Virus record (IMG/VR): IMGVR_UViG_3300048574_000421
Source of the DNA: a virus
Taxonomy: Duplodnaviria; Heunggongvirae; Uroviricota; Caudoviricetes
DNA length: 64,000 nt
Reading direction: 5' to 3' (one strand)
The stretch's first letter is position 1; each line of letters begins with the position of its first letter. The translations under genes and the position numbers were made by a program. Shown here in pieces: positions 39,171-48,859 of the stretch. The notes below the pieces were generated by a model. It saw only the letters and a list, made by a program, of their open reading frames with translations, ran no database searches and had not been told where the DNA came from.

Positions 39171-40400
39171 TTATTGATCTGGGTATTGACGTGTAACACG
39201 AGGCCAAGCACTAGGATATACTTGATATGCGTCTATTGAAGGAGTTATTTGCAAACCTATTTGATGATTACTGTTCATCATTCTTTCATCATACTGACTT
39301 GATTCATAATGTTCTTCTGTTACATAATTTAATCCGTTTTTAAAACTATCATCACCATACCCGTAATTGACTCTACGCAATTCAGAAATTAAAGGTACAT
39401 GAATTTCCCAATCGACTTCGACAGAAAAACTTATACTTCCTGTGTAACTATATTCTTCAGGTATTTCAACCTCTAAATCTTCGCTTTCTCCGGGCAAACC
39501 AAAATTTTGTATTGAAATTCCTTCATTAGCCAAAGAATCTTGATATTCAGCCCACAAAGAAGTTACTACATAATCTATAACTCTTTCTTGTTGATCAGAA
39601 TCCTGTGCTATTCCCATTATATCTACATCTAACAACCAACGACCACCATAAACTTTCGATGTAGTTGTGTTTTCTTTTTCTACAACAACAACTTGTTCAT
39701 CTCCAACTTTTAATCTATCACCAAAAGCAAGAACAACTCCAGGAATTGCTGTGTTGTTTACGTTGTAATATGATGTAGTAAAAGGTCCAAGTTGTTTTGA
39801 ACAAACTTTATAATCAACAACTATAGGTTCATAACCTGTGACAGCGTTATTAAATAAAATTTCCCCAGTTTCGTAATTGATTGTATAATCAATGTCTCTT
39901 TTAAACTCAAACTGACCAAAGTGAGAAAATATTATTTCTGAACCTGGATTCACAGGAAAGTTTTTTAAAACAGCACCTTGTTGCGCTCTTATAACAGTTA
40001 ATTCTAGTTGTTCGTCAGTACATGCAAGATAAGGATCTATAACAAAAGTAAAATCATTCGTGTCAGGCTCGTGACCTGTCACTCGAACAATATAGAAACC
40101 TTGGGGTGATAACTTATCAAGGTTTTCTTGATCATCTCGCACCCATTCTATTGAATTTCCTGATGTTCCTTTAAGATTAGCTAACGAACAATAACCACGA
40201 TTAATTCCAATAAAATTATCTAAACTTAATTTTTGTGAACCTCCCGAGACAGACCGAATAATAATAGCTGTCTTAGGACGTTCTTCTTGTGGAAATTTTG
40301 TGTAAACTTTTGTTTTTTCAAAAATAGGGTGCTTTGCAAGAATATCTTGAAAAATCAAAACAAATCTTTTTTTGATAGCATTACTTACTAAAAAAACCAT
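39171..40400 (-). CDS. Tail terminator/tail completion protein with inserted beta-sandwich domains
   Basis: FPQEERPKTAIIIRSVSG...YGGRWLLDVDIMGIAQDSDQQERVIDYV...FSVEVDWEIHVP terminator-like pattern; lies between neck and sheath genes. Confidence 0.65.
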   Translation of the reverse strand: MVFLVSNAIKKRFVLIFQDILAKHPIFEKTKVYTKFPQEERPKTAIIIRSVSGGSQKLSLDNFIGINRGYCSLANLKGTSGNSIEWVRDDQENLDKLSPQGFYIVRVTGHEPDTNDFTFVIDPYLACTDEQLELTVIRAQQGAVLKNFPVNPGSEIIFSHFGQFEFKRDIDYTINYETGEILFNNAVTGYEPIVVDYKVCSKQLGPFTTSYYNVNNTAIPGVVLAFGDRLKVGDEQVVVVEKENTTTSKVYGGRWLLDVDIMGIAQDSDQQERVIDYVVTSLWAEYQDSLANEGISIQNFGLPGESEDLEVEIPEEYSYTGSISFSVEVDWEIHVPLISELRRVNYGYGDDSFKNGLNYVTEEHYESSQYDERMMNSNHQIGLQITPSIDAYQVYPSAWPRVTRQYPDQ

Positions 40401-40433
40401 TTTAAATTCTCTTTCTTCAAAGCACCCTAAAAT

Positions 40434-40796
40434 TTATTGTTCGTTATTGTCTAGAACAAATCTGTTCACAGCAAAAACACCAACATCTTCACCTGTTTGT
40501 TCTTGAATGCCAATAAAACCTGGTATGTTATCTTCAGCAACAACATATTTACGTCCTTTAAAAAGAGGTCCAAAATTGTCAACACATACGACAGTGTCAC
40601 CCTCTTCTATAAGTTTAGCTTCTTTTTCTTGACTTGCTTTCTTGTCAACACTTTCTATAGCAGTATCAAGTTCCTCATCAGTAAGTGTTGTTGCAAGGTG
40701 TTTAGCAATAGCTTCTAAATCTTTTGACATTTCAGGATCAATGTCTTTTGATTGTGAAGCAACTTTTGATAATTCATTTAACATATCTTGTTTCAT
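40434..40796 (-). CDS. Hypothetical protein: N-terminal helices plus C-terminal SH3/KOW-like barrel
   Basis: EEGDTVVCVDNFGPLFKGRKYVV pattern; directly downstream of the actin-like gene. Confidence 0.65.
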   Translation of the reverse strand: MKQDMLNELSKVASQSKDIDPEMSKDLEAIAKHLATTLTDEELDTAIESVDKKASQEKEAKLIEEGDTVVCVDNFGPLFKGRKYVVAEDNIPGFIGIQEQTGEDVGVFAVNRFVLDNNEQ

Positions 40797-40805
40797 GACT
40801 TCTCC

Positions 40806-41903
40806 TTATTTTGAGTTAATCATTGCATTTAAGAGACAACCCTCAGCAACAGCATTTAACTGATCTTTTGCTTTTTTTATCTCTTTAATTTTAAATGGCA
40901 ATGACCTTGACATTATTTCTTGTTCAAATAGTTTATCAAAATTTATAGCTTTTGAAGTTCCACCGCTTATAACAATTTTTATAGGTGAGTCGAAATTAGG
41001 TATATTCGTAGAATTGTTTAGTTTCTTATCAATACCTTCGCAAACATATTTTATTAAATTTTCATAATAAATTTTAATTGCTGTTTCTTCTCTGTTTTTT
41101 GGGTTTAGCAAGTCTACTCCTGCTTCTTTGATGACAGTAATTCTTGAAGACTTTAAACCCACAGCTTCAGCTGCACAAGAATCAATAAAATCTCCACCTC
41201 TTGCTAAAGAAAATTGATGTTCTTGTTCTGTTATACCACTAAATGCCAAACAAACATTTGTCATTCCTGCACCCCATGATATAGCTAAACCACTATAATC
41301 TTCTTCTTCAAGATTAGAAAAAATTATTGCTAAAGCTTCATTCATAGGCACAGCATTAAAACCAAAAGATGTTATAAAAGATTTTAAAACATTTTCATGA
41401 TAAACAACATTATAATCATCTTTGTCAATAGGTTTTGCAGGGACAGAAAAATAACAATTTTCTTTTTCGACAACAGGTTCGCCCAATAAACTTTTTAAAA
41501 TTAATTTAATTATTGAAAGTGCAGATTTTTCTCTTGTAGAAATCACACCATGTGATAAAGGTCTTTTACACTCTTTATTAAAAAAATCAGCGAAACGCAA
41601 TGCTTCATTTCCAACAATTTGCAACAAATTTTTTGAATTTTCACACTCGATATAACTTACGTTCATTTTTGAAAGCATTGACATTGTAGAAATACTTTTT
41701 TCAATCTCAAAAAATGCATCACGTTCTAACTTAAAAGAAGCAATATTACTTCTAGAAATAGCTGCAACACAATTACCAGTTCCCACATCTAGACCACTCG
41801 CTGGAAATCTATCTATAGCTTCTTTCCTTCTTATTCTTTTTATCTCTTGTTCATCTTTTTTAACTTCTTGTTCATCTTTTTTGTTTTCAAGATCAATCTC
41901 CAT
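40806..41903 (-). CDS. Actin-family ATPase (ASKHA fold), resembling the volactin-type family
   Basis: Phosphate-1 GLDVGTGN, connect-1 PMNEALA, phosphate-2 ISWGAGMTNVC, ARGGDFID, adenosine VISGGTS, connect-2 LNAVAEG. Confidence 0.9.
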   Translation of the reverse strand: MEIDLENKKDEQEVKKDEQEIKRIRRKEAIDRFPASGLDVGTGNCVAAISRSNIASFKLERDAFFEIEKSISTMSMLSKMNVSYIECENSKNLLQIVGNEALRFADFFNKECKRPLSHGVISTREKSALSIIKLILKSLLGEPVVEKENCYFSVPAKPIDKDDYNVVYHENVLKSFITSFGFNAVPMNEALAIIFSNLEEEDYSGLAISWGAGMTNVCLAFSGITEQEHQFSLARGGDFIDSCAAEAVGLKSSRITVIKEAGVDLLNPKNREETAIKIYYENLIKYVCEGIDKKLNNSTNIPNFDSPIKIVISGGTSKAINFDKLFEQEIMSRSLPFKIKEIKKAKDQLNAVAEGCLLNAMINSK

Positions 41904-42852
41904 AAAAAAACTCCTGTCTTAAATCTGGGTAAAATTTTTCTTTATAAGAGTACATAATTTGTTTTAATTCGTTGTCTTTTTCGATTTTTTCTTTTAAATT
42001 AAAGTTTGATGAAACAATTTGCTCAGATTTGATTGAAGAATTTATTCTTCTAATATCTTGAATTTTTTTAAAATTTTGAAGCATTAATTTAATAGACAAA
42101 ATGCACCAATCTATATTACTATCTATGACGCTTTGCCAAAAACGTAAAACTACAAAACCATTATCATTTAACGTTTTTGTGACAAACTCATCTCTTTCTC
42201 TAATTTGCTTTGCTGTATATCTTCCTATTCTTTGACTTGAGTCACATTTTTTAGGGTTTGCATGCCAAAAATCACCATCAACAAGTATTACTATTTTTTT
42301 CTCTATGTCAAGTTCATCTAAAGAAAACCTTTTTTTATCAATAGAAACCCATTGTTCAGTCAAAAAATTGTTTTCTGGAAAATAAGAATTAATAACAGCT
42401 TTTAATCTTCTGTGAGGTGAAGTAAAATAATTTGTTTTCACACTCTTTTTATTTTTTTGTTTAAAACATTTTTCACATATGTTACTATGACTATATTTTT
42501 TTATTTTTGTTTTTTCATTACAAACTTTACAAAAAACTTCTTTTTCACCATCGCGTTGCTTCTTTATTTTGTTTTTATACTCATTATTATTTTTCTTACA
42601 AGTATCACAATATTTAGAACAAGAAAAAAAATTAACATTTATTTCATTTGAACAACCAAGACAAAATATTTTTTTTGTTTCTTTTTTGTGACAATTTATA
42701 AATTTACTTTGACTTTTGTTCTCATACAAATTTTTAACAATATCTTGATATTCAACAGTTTTCTTACAGTTGTCACAAAAATACCAAGAATAGAATTTTT
42801 TTACCTCTATGTCATTATCGCAAATTCTACATTTTTTTTTTACAAATTCCAT
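41893..42852 (-). mobile_element. Free-standing homing endonuclease, Vsr/DUF559-like, with CxxC repeats
   Basis: LDELDIEKKIVILVDGDFWH...RD...L...GFVVLRFW; several CxxC pairs; overlaps both neighbours. Confidence 0.8.
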
Positions 42853-43046
42853 TAATTTTGCCTTTTAAAAATCTCTAAAGTATCTATAGGATTTCCTTTA
42901 TCGAATTTTTCCCTAGTTTTTAAACCCTCAGGAATTTCTTTTTCAAAAAAATCTTGCTCTAATAAAAACTGTGAAACATCACCTTGTTGTGATCTTGAAA
43001 CACTTGCTTTAATTGATTCTTTTATTATTTTTTCAAAATTAATCAT
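42852..43046 (-). CDS. Hypothetical protein (64 aa)
   Basis: ORF track; translationally coupled on both sides. Confidence 0.6.
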   Translation of the reverse strand: MINFEKIIKESIKASVSRSQQGDVSQFLLEQDFFEKEIPEGLKTREKFDKGNPIDTLEIFKRQN

Positions 43047-43690
43047 ATTTTGTTATCTTTTTTTAGTTTTTTAATTTTCTCTAAAGAACTAGTGAGATCA
43101 GATTTTTCTTGTTTTTCAATTCCTATATTACTCATATTTGCTGTTATTCCAGCTTCTTCATCTTTAAAATCTATAAAAATAGTTTCAGAACTGCTATCAA
43201 TCTTTATATCTTTACCAGAGGTATGTGGTACATTTAGTTGTTCTATTTTAATATTGTCTTTAATTTCTGTGACCATCTCTTTTGCAAGTTCTTTAGCAAT
43301 CTCTTTCACTAAAGGACTATTTCTGATCATTTCTTCAGCCATAGTTTGGGCCATTGTTTTTGCAATATTAACTATTTCGTTTTGAGATATATTTTGAGAA
43401 CTTTCTTGAGTAGCAATTGTTTTTTTTGCTACAGTTTTATTGTAAACAACTTCAACCCAGTTTCTACTTATTGCATTTTTTAAATCTCTAGAACTTTTTG
43501 CTTCAAATTCTGTCAAGAAAACTTCTTTACCACACTCGACAACTTTCCTAATATCACTAAGACGTACTGCAGTAAGAATTTTCCCTCTTATAATCATATA
43601 AATGTCATCTTCCTGTTTCATAACTGGTGGTTTCCAAACACGTCTCATTAAGTGCTGCTGAAAGCTCATAAACCAACTTCTCAAACTCAT
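43043..43690 (-). CDS. Hypothetical protein (215 aa) with central amphipathic helical repeat
   Basis: AKTMAQTMAEEM...EIAKELAKEM segment; ORF track. Confidence 0.75.
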   Translation of the reverse strand: MSLRSWFMSFQQHLMRRVWKPPVMKQEDDIYMIIRGKILTAVRLSDIRKVVECGKEVFLTEFEAKSSRDLKNAISRNWVEVVYNKTVAKKTIATQESSQNISQNEIVNIAKTMAQTMAEEMIRNSPLVKEIAKELAKEMVTEIKDNIKIEQLNVPHTSGKDIKIDSSSETIFIDFKDEEAGITANMSNIGIEKQEKSDLTSSLEKIKKLKKDNKI

Positions 43691-43706
43691 GTTATTCTAG
43701 CAATTC

Positions 43707-44075
43707 TTAGATTAGTTTCTTTATAGCATCTTGAATTTGCTTTCCAGCTTGCTCTTGCGTTCTCTCCATAGCCCTATTTATACCTGCTGTAGAGAACTCT
43801 TGTTTACTCATTTCTTGATTTAATAATTCTATTGGTATTTTTTCAAAACCTTTTAAAACTGTTCTTGCTTGATCTGCTGGAATATCTTCAGATTCTATTT
43901 TCTCTTGCTTAGGCTCTACAACAAAAGTCACTTTATTTTTATCTATCGTATAAGTAACTTTTGCTTCTTGCCCTTCTTTGCTAAGCTCTGATTGAATGTT
44001 ATTCATTCCCTTGATAGCAATTGTTCGCATACCAAAGTCGAATTTTTTCTTAACCATCTTTTTCAAGCTTATCAT
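43707..44075 (-). CDS. Hypothetical protein, possibly HK97 gp10-like tail completion protein
   Basis: 122 aa ending GINRAMERTQEQAGKQIQDAIKKLI; syntenic position between head closure and tail terminator. Confidence 0.45.
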   Translation of the reverse strand: MISLKKMVKKKFDFGMRTIAIKGMNNIQSELSKEGQEAKVTYTIDKNKVTFVVEPKQEKIESEDIPADQARTVLKGFEKIPIELLNQEMSKQEFSTAGINRAMERTQEQAGKQIQDAIKKLI

Positions 44076-44090
44076 TTAGTTCTTTATTTT

Positions 44091-44106
44091 ATAAATTTTT
44101 TAGAAA
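44091..44106 (-). promoter_or_regulatory. Candidate late promoter variant TTTCTAaaaaATTTAT
   Basis: One mismatch to the motif; overlaps the stop of the last glycosyltransferase; 15 nt before the ATG at 44075, the same spacing as the copy at 6594. Confidence 0.45.
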
Positions 44107-47102
44107 ACTCTATTTTGTGTTTCTAATAGTTTATTTATCACAGAAAGATTTGTTTTTGCAGCGTCAAAATTCGGATTTATAGAAAGAGCACTCTTAAACA
44201 TACGCACTGCTTTTAAAAAATTGTTTCTACTTGCAAGTTCAATACCTTTTTCATTATATACTATCTCTAATAAACCTGTTGAAATCATTTCATCTTTGTT
44301 CATCTTTAAACACTTTTCAAAAATCACTATTGCTTCATCATATTTTTTTAAAGTGCTACAACAGTATCCAAAATCTGTCATTGTCTTGAAATCTGTTGTC
44401 TTGTAAGCTATCTTTTTAAATTCACAATATGCATCCTCATACTTATGTTGTTTTGCATAACAAATGCCAAGATGTTTCACAGCATATTCAGTTTCTTTTA
44501 TTTCAATAGATTCTTTAAATTTCTGTTCAGCTTGCTTATAATCTTCTAACAAGTTAAAAACTGTGCCTAAATGAGATAAAGCATCAACATTCTTAGGATC
44601 ATGTTCAAGTAATTTTCTCCAAATAACTATAGATTCATCATAATTATTAAGAACCATATATTGCGTACCAAGTTCATAAAGTGCTTTCTCATCATTTGTC
44701 GTAAGAGCTTTCTCTTTTCCAAGTTTCAAATACAATTCATTTTTTGAAGAATTAAATTTTGAATAATGATGTATTGGTATATCGCACAAATCTATTTCGA
44801 TTTCAAGCTCATTTATTGATTGCTCGACAAGTTCATGTACTTGACCATAAAACATAATTTTTTTATTTGTCGGGAATAACCGTACTTTGTCAGAACGACA
44901 CCAACCTACATAATTCTTTTCTTCGTCTTTATATTCACCCGTGTTTATATTTACACCTTCAGCATCTCTTGTTTTCACATAATTTCTTGTCGAAAAAACA
45001 TAAGCTTTCTGCTCGCCTTTAAGCAAACTTCTTAATTTATCAAGATCAATACTGCTTATAATCTCATCAGCATCTAACACTAAAGTCCATGCTTGTGTTG
45101 CTTGTGATAAAGAAAAATTTCTTGCAGCAGAAAAATCATCAATCCATTCAAAATGGAAAATTTTTGCACCATACTGCTTTGCTATTTTAATAGTATCATC
45201 TGTAGATCCTGTATCTACAACAATAATTTCTGATGCTATTGTTTTTATAGAACTCAAACAATTTGCTAAACAATTTTCTTCATTTTTCACAATCATGCAA
45301 ACAGAAAGTCGCTCTTTTTGCATATCCCAATAATTTGCATATAGTTTATGCAGAACCCCCTCTAGCGCATCAATACTATTGTGCCATAGGTATTCATTAG
45401 CAGTTTTCAGGCCTCCCTCGACCAAACGAGAGTAAAGGATGTTGTTTGAAAAAAGAAGTTTAAGAGCATGCTGAATTGCTGTACTGTCAGATGAATTAAT
45501 GACTAACGAATTTTTTCCGTTTTGTGCATAATCATTACCTCCACAATCCGTAGTAATAACTGGAGTTCCACATGCCATAGATTCTAAAGGTGGTAAACTA
45601 AAACCTTCAACTTTTAAAGGTGCATTTATAGTGACATCACAAGAAGAATATACTTCAGCGATCTGTTCTTGAGTCATTTTTGACATATCATGAAATTCAC
45701 AACCTTCATCAAATTTTGTCTTCTCTGAAGCTAAACGTACTATTACACCCTTTGAAGTTTTCAAATACTGTCTTACAGCATCAAGAGCTATTTTTACTCC
45801 CTTAAATTCTAAATTATAGTTACTTACAATCAAAATTCTAGCGTTTTTATTTCTACTATGAGATTTTAGCGGGAAAACATATTCGTTTATTCCATTTGGA
45901 ATAAAATAACAATTGACTCCAAATTCTTTATCAAGAATAGACTTTAGCCATTTTGAAACTGCAAATTTGACATTTACACTTCTATAACTATCTTTAATTG
46001 TTTGGATTAAAGCTTGACAATCATTTTCAGAATATAATAATGCTTCATAACCCTGCGAAAAATGTATTTTCACTTTAGCTTTTATTTTTTCAAGTACTTT
46101 TAATGTCGTAAAATATGTACCTATTGCAATATCACACTCAGGTATATCAGAAATTTCTTTGAAATAAAAAATGGGTGCATGTAAACCAAACCAAGTATCT
46201 AACTCATTTTTGTTGCACCAGATTGAGACATTGTAACCTCTATCTTTTAATCTGTTTGCATGTTCAAATATAACTTTCACGCCACCAGAAGGACCATTAG
46301 AAGCAAGTACGTATATTATAGAAAAATCTTCTTTTTTGTTCTGTATTAATCTTATTCGTCCTGTGTTGTACCATTTTTCTATATAAAGTTTTTTACTTTT
46401 TTCAAAGACTACATTATAAGAAGGTTGTTTAAATCTTTCACTGAATGATTTTCCACCATAATGATAAACAAGAACACCAAGAGCACAATAAAGTTTATAT
46501 CCTTTCTCTATTGCACGCAAACCTAAGTCGTCATCTTCAAAATTAAACTCAAATCTTTCATCAAAAATACCAGACCTATCTAGTACTTCTTTTTTTGTAA
46601 CCATACAGAAACCAATTAATCTATTTGTTTCAACAGATTTTTCACCATTTTCTCTCCAAACTTTTTCAGAAAAAACTTCAATAGGTGAATTGTTTTCTAC
46701 ATCTAAAGGCTGAAAGTAATCAAAAGGTATTTGTTGAACTTCAGATGATACATAGTTTGAGACAGGTCCTACAATTCCTGCATTATTTTTTTCTAAGCAA
46801 TCAATCAACCTTGTCAACCAGTTTTGTGTAACAATAGTATCACTATTTAAAAAACAAATATATTTTGAGTTCGACTCTCTAATTGCTTGATTGTTAGCAT
46901 AACCAAAACCGTAATTTTTACTATTTGTAATTAATTTTACTTGTAAAGTTTTTAAATAGTTTTTAGTTTCAATATTTGAACAATTATCAACAATAGTTAT
47001 TTTATAGGGAAAATCTGTATTTTTTACAATACTGTCAATGCATTTTTTAATATGCAACAATGCATTATGCACGACAATAATGATTTCACACTCATTTTTC
47101 AT
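44100..47102 (-). CDS. Multidomain glycosyltransferase GT2-GT4-GT2-TPR
   Basis: GT2 (IIIVVHN...DNCS...FLNSD...FEDDD); GT4 (SGGVKVIFEHAN...EGFSLPPLESMACGTPV); GT2 (LSVCMIVKNEE...DTGSTD...LDADE); C-terminal TPRs. Confidence 0.92.
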   Translation of the reverse strand: MKNECEIIIVVHNALLHIKKCIDSIVKNTDFPYKITIVDNCSNIETKNYLKTLQVKLITNSKNYGFGYANNQAIRESNSKYICFLNSDTIVTQNWLTRLIDCLEKNNAGIVGPVSNYVSSEVQQIPFDYFQPLDVENNSPIEVFSEKVWRENGEKSVETNRLIGFCMVTKKEVLDRSGIFDERFEFNFEDDDLGLRAIEKGYKLYCALGVLVYHYGGKSFSERFKQPSYNVVFEKSKKLYIEKWYNTGRIRLIQNKKEDFSIIYVLASNGPSGGVKVIFEHANRLKDRGYNVSIWCNKNELDTWFGLHAPIFYFKEISDIPECDIAIGTYFTTLKVLEKIKAKVKIHFSQGYEALLYSENDCQALIQTIKDSYRSVNVKFAVSKWLKSILDKEFGVNCYFIPNGINEYVFPLKSHSRNKNARILIVSNYNLEFKGVKIALDAVRQYLKTSKGVIVRLASEKTKFDEGCEFHDMSKMTQEQIAEVYSSCDVTINAPLKVEGFSLPPLESMACGTPVITTDCGGNDYAQNGKNSLVINSSDSTAIQHALKLLFSNNILYSRLVEGGLKTANEYLWHNSIDALEGVLHKLYANYWDMQKERLSVCMIVKNEENCLANCLSSIKTIASEIIVVDTGSTDDTIKIAKQYGAKIFHFEWIDDFSAARNFSLSQATQAWTLVLDADEIISSIDLDKLRSLLKGEQKAYVFSTRNYVKTRDAEGVNINTGEYKDEEKNYVGWCRSDKVRLFPTNKKIMFYGQVHELVEQSINELEIEIDLCDIPIHHYSKFNSSKNELYLKLGKEKALTTNDEKALYELGTQYMVLNNYDESIVIWRKLLEHDPKNVDALSHLGTVFNLLEDYKQAEQKFKESIEIKETEYAVKHLGICYAKQHKYEDAYCEFKKIAYKTTDFKTMTDFGYCCSTLKKYDEAIVIFEKCLKMNKDEMISTGLLEIVYNEKGIELASRNNFLKAVRMFKSALSINPNFDAAKTNLSVINKLLETQNRVF

Positions 47103-47110
47103 TTATTTCC

Positions 47111-47692
47111 TCACAAAAGTTTTACTTCGCTCCACTTTAAAACAACTCTTTTTTTTATATTAGAAAAAATATCGTTTTGTTTACCGTACCAATTTTGAAT
47201 TATATCAAGACGTTCACAAAACCAAAGTACTCTATTTAAGTTCATTTGTTCTATTCTTTCAATAAACTCTACATCAATCATTTTTAGTTTTGCATCTTTT
47301 ACCATAAAGTTTATTATTGTGAAATCATAGTTTATGAAACCTCTATTCCACATAAATTCAAACAAATCTAATACTTGTTTTATAATTACATCTTTATACT
47401 GCTCGTCTGATACTATAACTTTAATTAAATTTTCATAACCTTCTAATTCTTCCATAAGCAATAAAATCTTGTTATCTAAAAAAGCAAAATCATATATTTT
47501 TACAATATCTTCAACATTATCTATTTTTTTATAATTCTCATAACTCCCTATAATTTTACTTGCATTCCAAGCATCGGTTCGTGTCTCTTTCAAAAAAAAA
47601 TTCTGATCTTCAATAAAGACTCTATAAAAAATAGAAAATGGAGTTTTTAGAACTTCTATTTTTTGACTAATATTAGAGATTTTTATATCCAA
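47111..47692 (-). CDS. Protein-kinase-like fold kinase (sugar/RIO/Kdo kinase-like)
   Basis: FFLKE lysine strand, LLMEELEG hinge, NYDFTIIN catalytic loop, IDVE (DFG-like). Confidence 0.75.
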   Translation of the reverse strand: MDIKISNISQKIEVLKTPFSIFYRVFIEDQNFFLKETRTDAWNASKIIGSYENYKKIDNVEDIVKIYDFAFLDNKILLLMEELEGYENLIKVIVSDEQYKDVIIKQVLDLFEFMWNRGFINYDFTIINFMVKDAKLKMIDVEFIERIEQMNLNRVLWFCERLDIIQNWYGKQNDIFSNIKKRVVLKWSEVKLL

Positions 47693-48234
47693 AACTCACC
47701 CTCAAAAATTTCATCAAGACCTTCAAGTCTTTTTTTTGTAATTGATGTTTTTGATTTTATAGCAAAAAAAGCGCCAAAACCTATTTTTTTATGAAAATTA
47801 GGAAACACCCAACATTTGTAACCCAATTTGACAAAATCTTCTGGGTACCAACCTGATAAATGTGTATGATATTGTTCTTTACACTCATGGATTCCGACAG
47901 GTCCTAAAGGTGTAAAAAATATTATTCTGTCGTTTGTCAGTTTTTCAAGTGTTTTGATTAAAGTAAAACCATCATTTTTTTCTAAATGTTCGATCATATC
48001 AAAACATGTCACAAGATTGAAAAATTTCTCTTTTAAAAAAACAGAAAGTTGAAGAGCATCACCAGCAAAAAATGGCATTGGTGTCGTCTTAAAATCTGAC
48101 CTGTTTATTTCACTACATAATAAGTTTTTAGAAGTAATAATGTTACTAAATCTAAATGTCTCACCTGTTCCTACATCAAGATGATTTTCTACGTTCTTAG
48201 GTAGAACTGTCTCAAAAGCTTTTAAATAAATCAT
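47683..48234 (-). CDS. Class I SAM-dependent methyltransferase
   Basis: HLDVGTG motif I; FNLVTCFDMIEHL. Confidence 0.85.
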   Translation of the reverse strand: MIYLKAFETVLPKNVENHLDVGTGETFRFSNIITSKNLLCSEINRSDFKTTPMPFFAGDALQLSVFLKEKFFNLVTCFDMIEHLEKNDGFTLIKTLEKLTNDRIIFFTPLGPVGIHECKEQYHTHLSGWYPEDFVKLGYKCWVFPNFHKKIGFGAFFAIKSKTSITKKRLEGLDEIFEGEFWI

Positions 48235-48854
48235 TTTCTCAACACCACAACTTTTCTATCACCAAAAGTTCCAGATTTTGTTATTTTTTCTATAGTAAAA
48301 TATTTTTCTGCTTCTTCTATAAACCTACATTCTGTATAATCTTTTGTGAAACTATTGTCTTCCCAAGCACCAAGTTGTATTAAATAACTGCTTTCTAGAG
48401 GTAGTTCTAAAACAACATATCTAGAAGATAAAGCATCAATCTTTTTGAATACACTCCAACCTTCGTCTTTATACAAATAATGAAAACAATTTCCTGAAAA
48501 AATCATGTCGTATTTTACATTACTTGCAAATTCAGAAAAACTACAGTTTTTGATTTCAAGATTATTGCAATTTCTTACGTTTTTTATTTGGTTGCATAAA
48601 TTGACAGCATCAATGTTTTTCTCAATTCCCATGACATACTTTGATTTTAGCGAATGATAAAACAAAAAGTAGCCTATTGAACTACCAATATCTAAAAAAC
48701 AATCAAATGAAGAAAACAATATAGGAACTTCTTTTGAAAACACTTCAATTCGCAACTTTAACAAACCAAGAGGCTCTAACGTCTTTATGTCATAATAATA
48801 GTTTTGAGGATAAGCAGTTTCAAGTAGACGTCTTTGGATTTCTTCTAATGACAA
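48231..48854 (-). CDS. Class I SAM-dependent methyltransferase
   Basis: FLDIGSSIGYF...VMGIE...YDMIFSGNCFHYL. Confidence 0.85.
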   Translation of the reverse strand: MSLEEIQRRLLETAYPQNYYYDIKTLEPLGLLKLRIEVFSKEVPILFSSFDCFLDIGSSIGYFLFYHSLKSKYVMGIEKNIDAVNLCNQIKNVRNCNNLEIKNCSFSEFASNVKYDMIFSGNCFHYLYKDEGWSVFKKIDALSSRYVVLELPLESSYLIQLGAWEDNSFTKDYTECRFIEEAEKYFTIEKITKSGTFGDRKVVVLRK

Positions 48855-48859
48855 GTTTA

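Noticed and set aside
1391-40400. Extracellular contractile injection system or tailocin rather than a phage
   Set aside because: Head-tail adaptor and closure-like genes, three homing endonucleases, a long tape measure gene and no host genes fit a phage genome; capsid genes probably lie beyond 64000.
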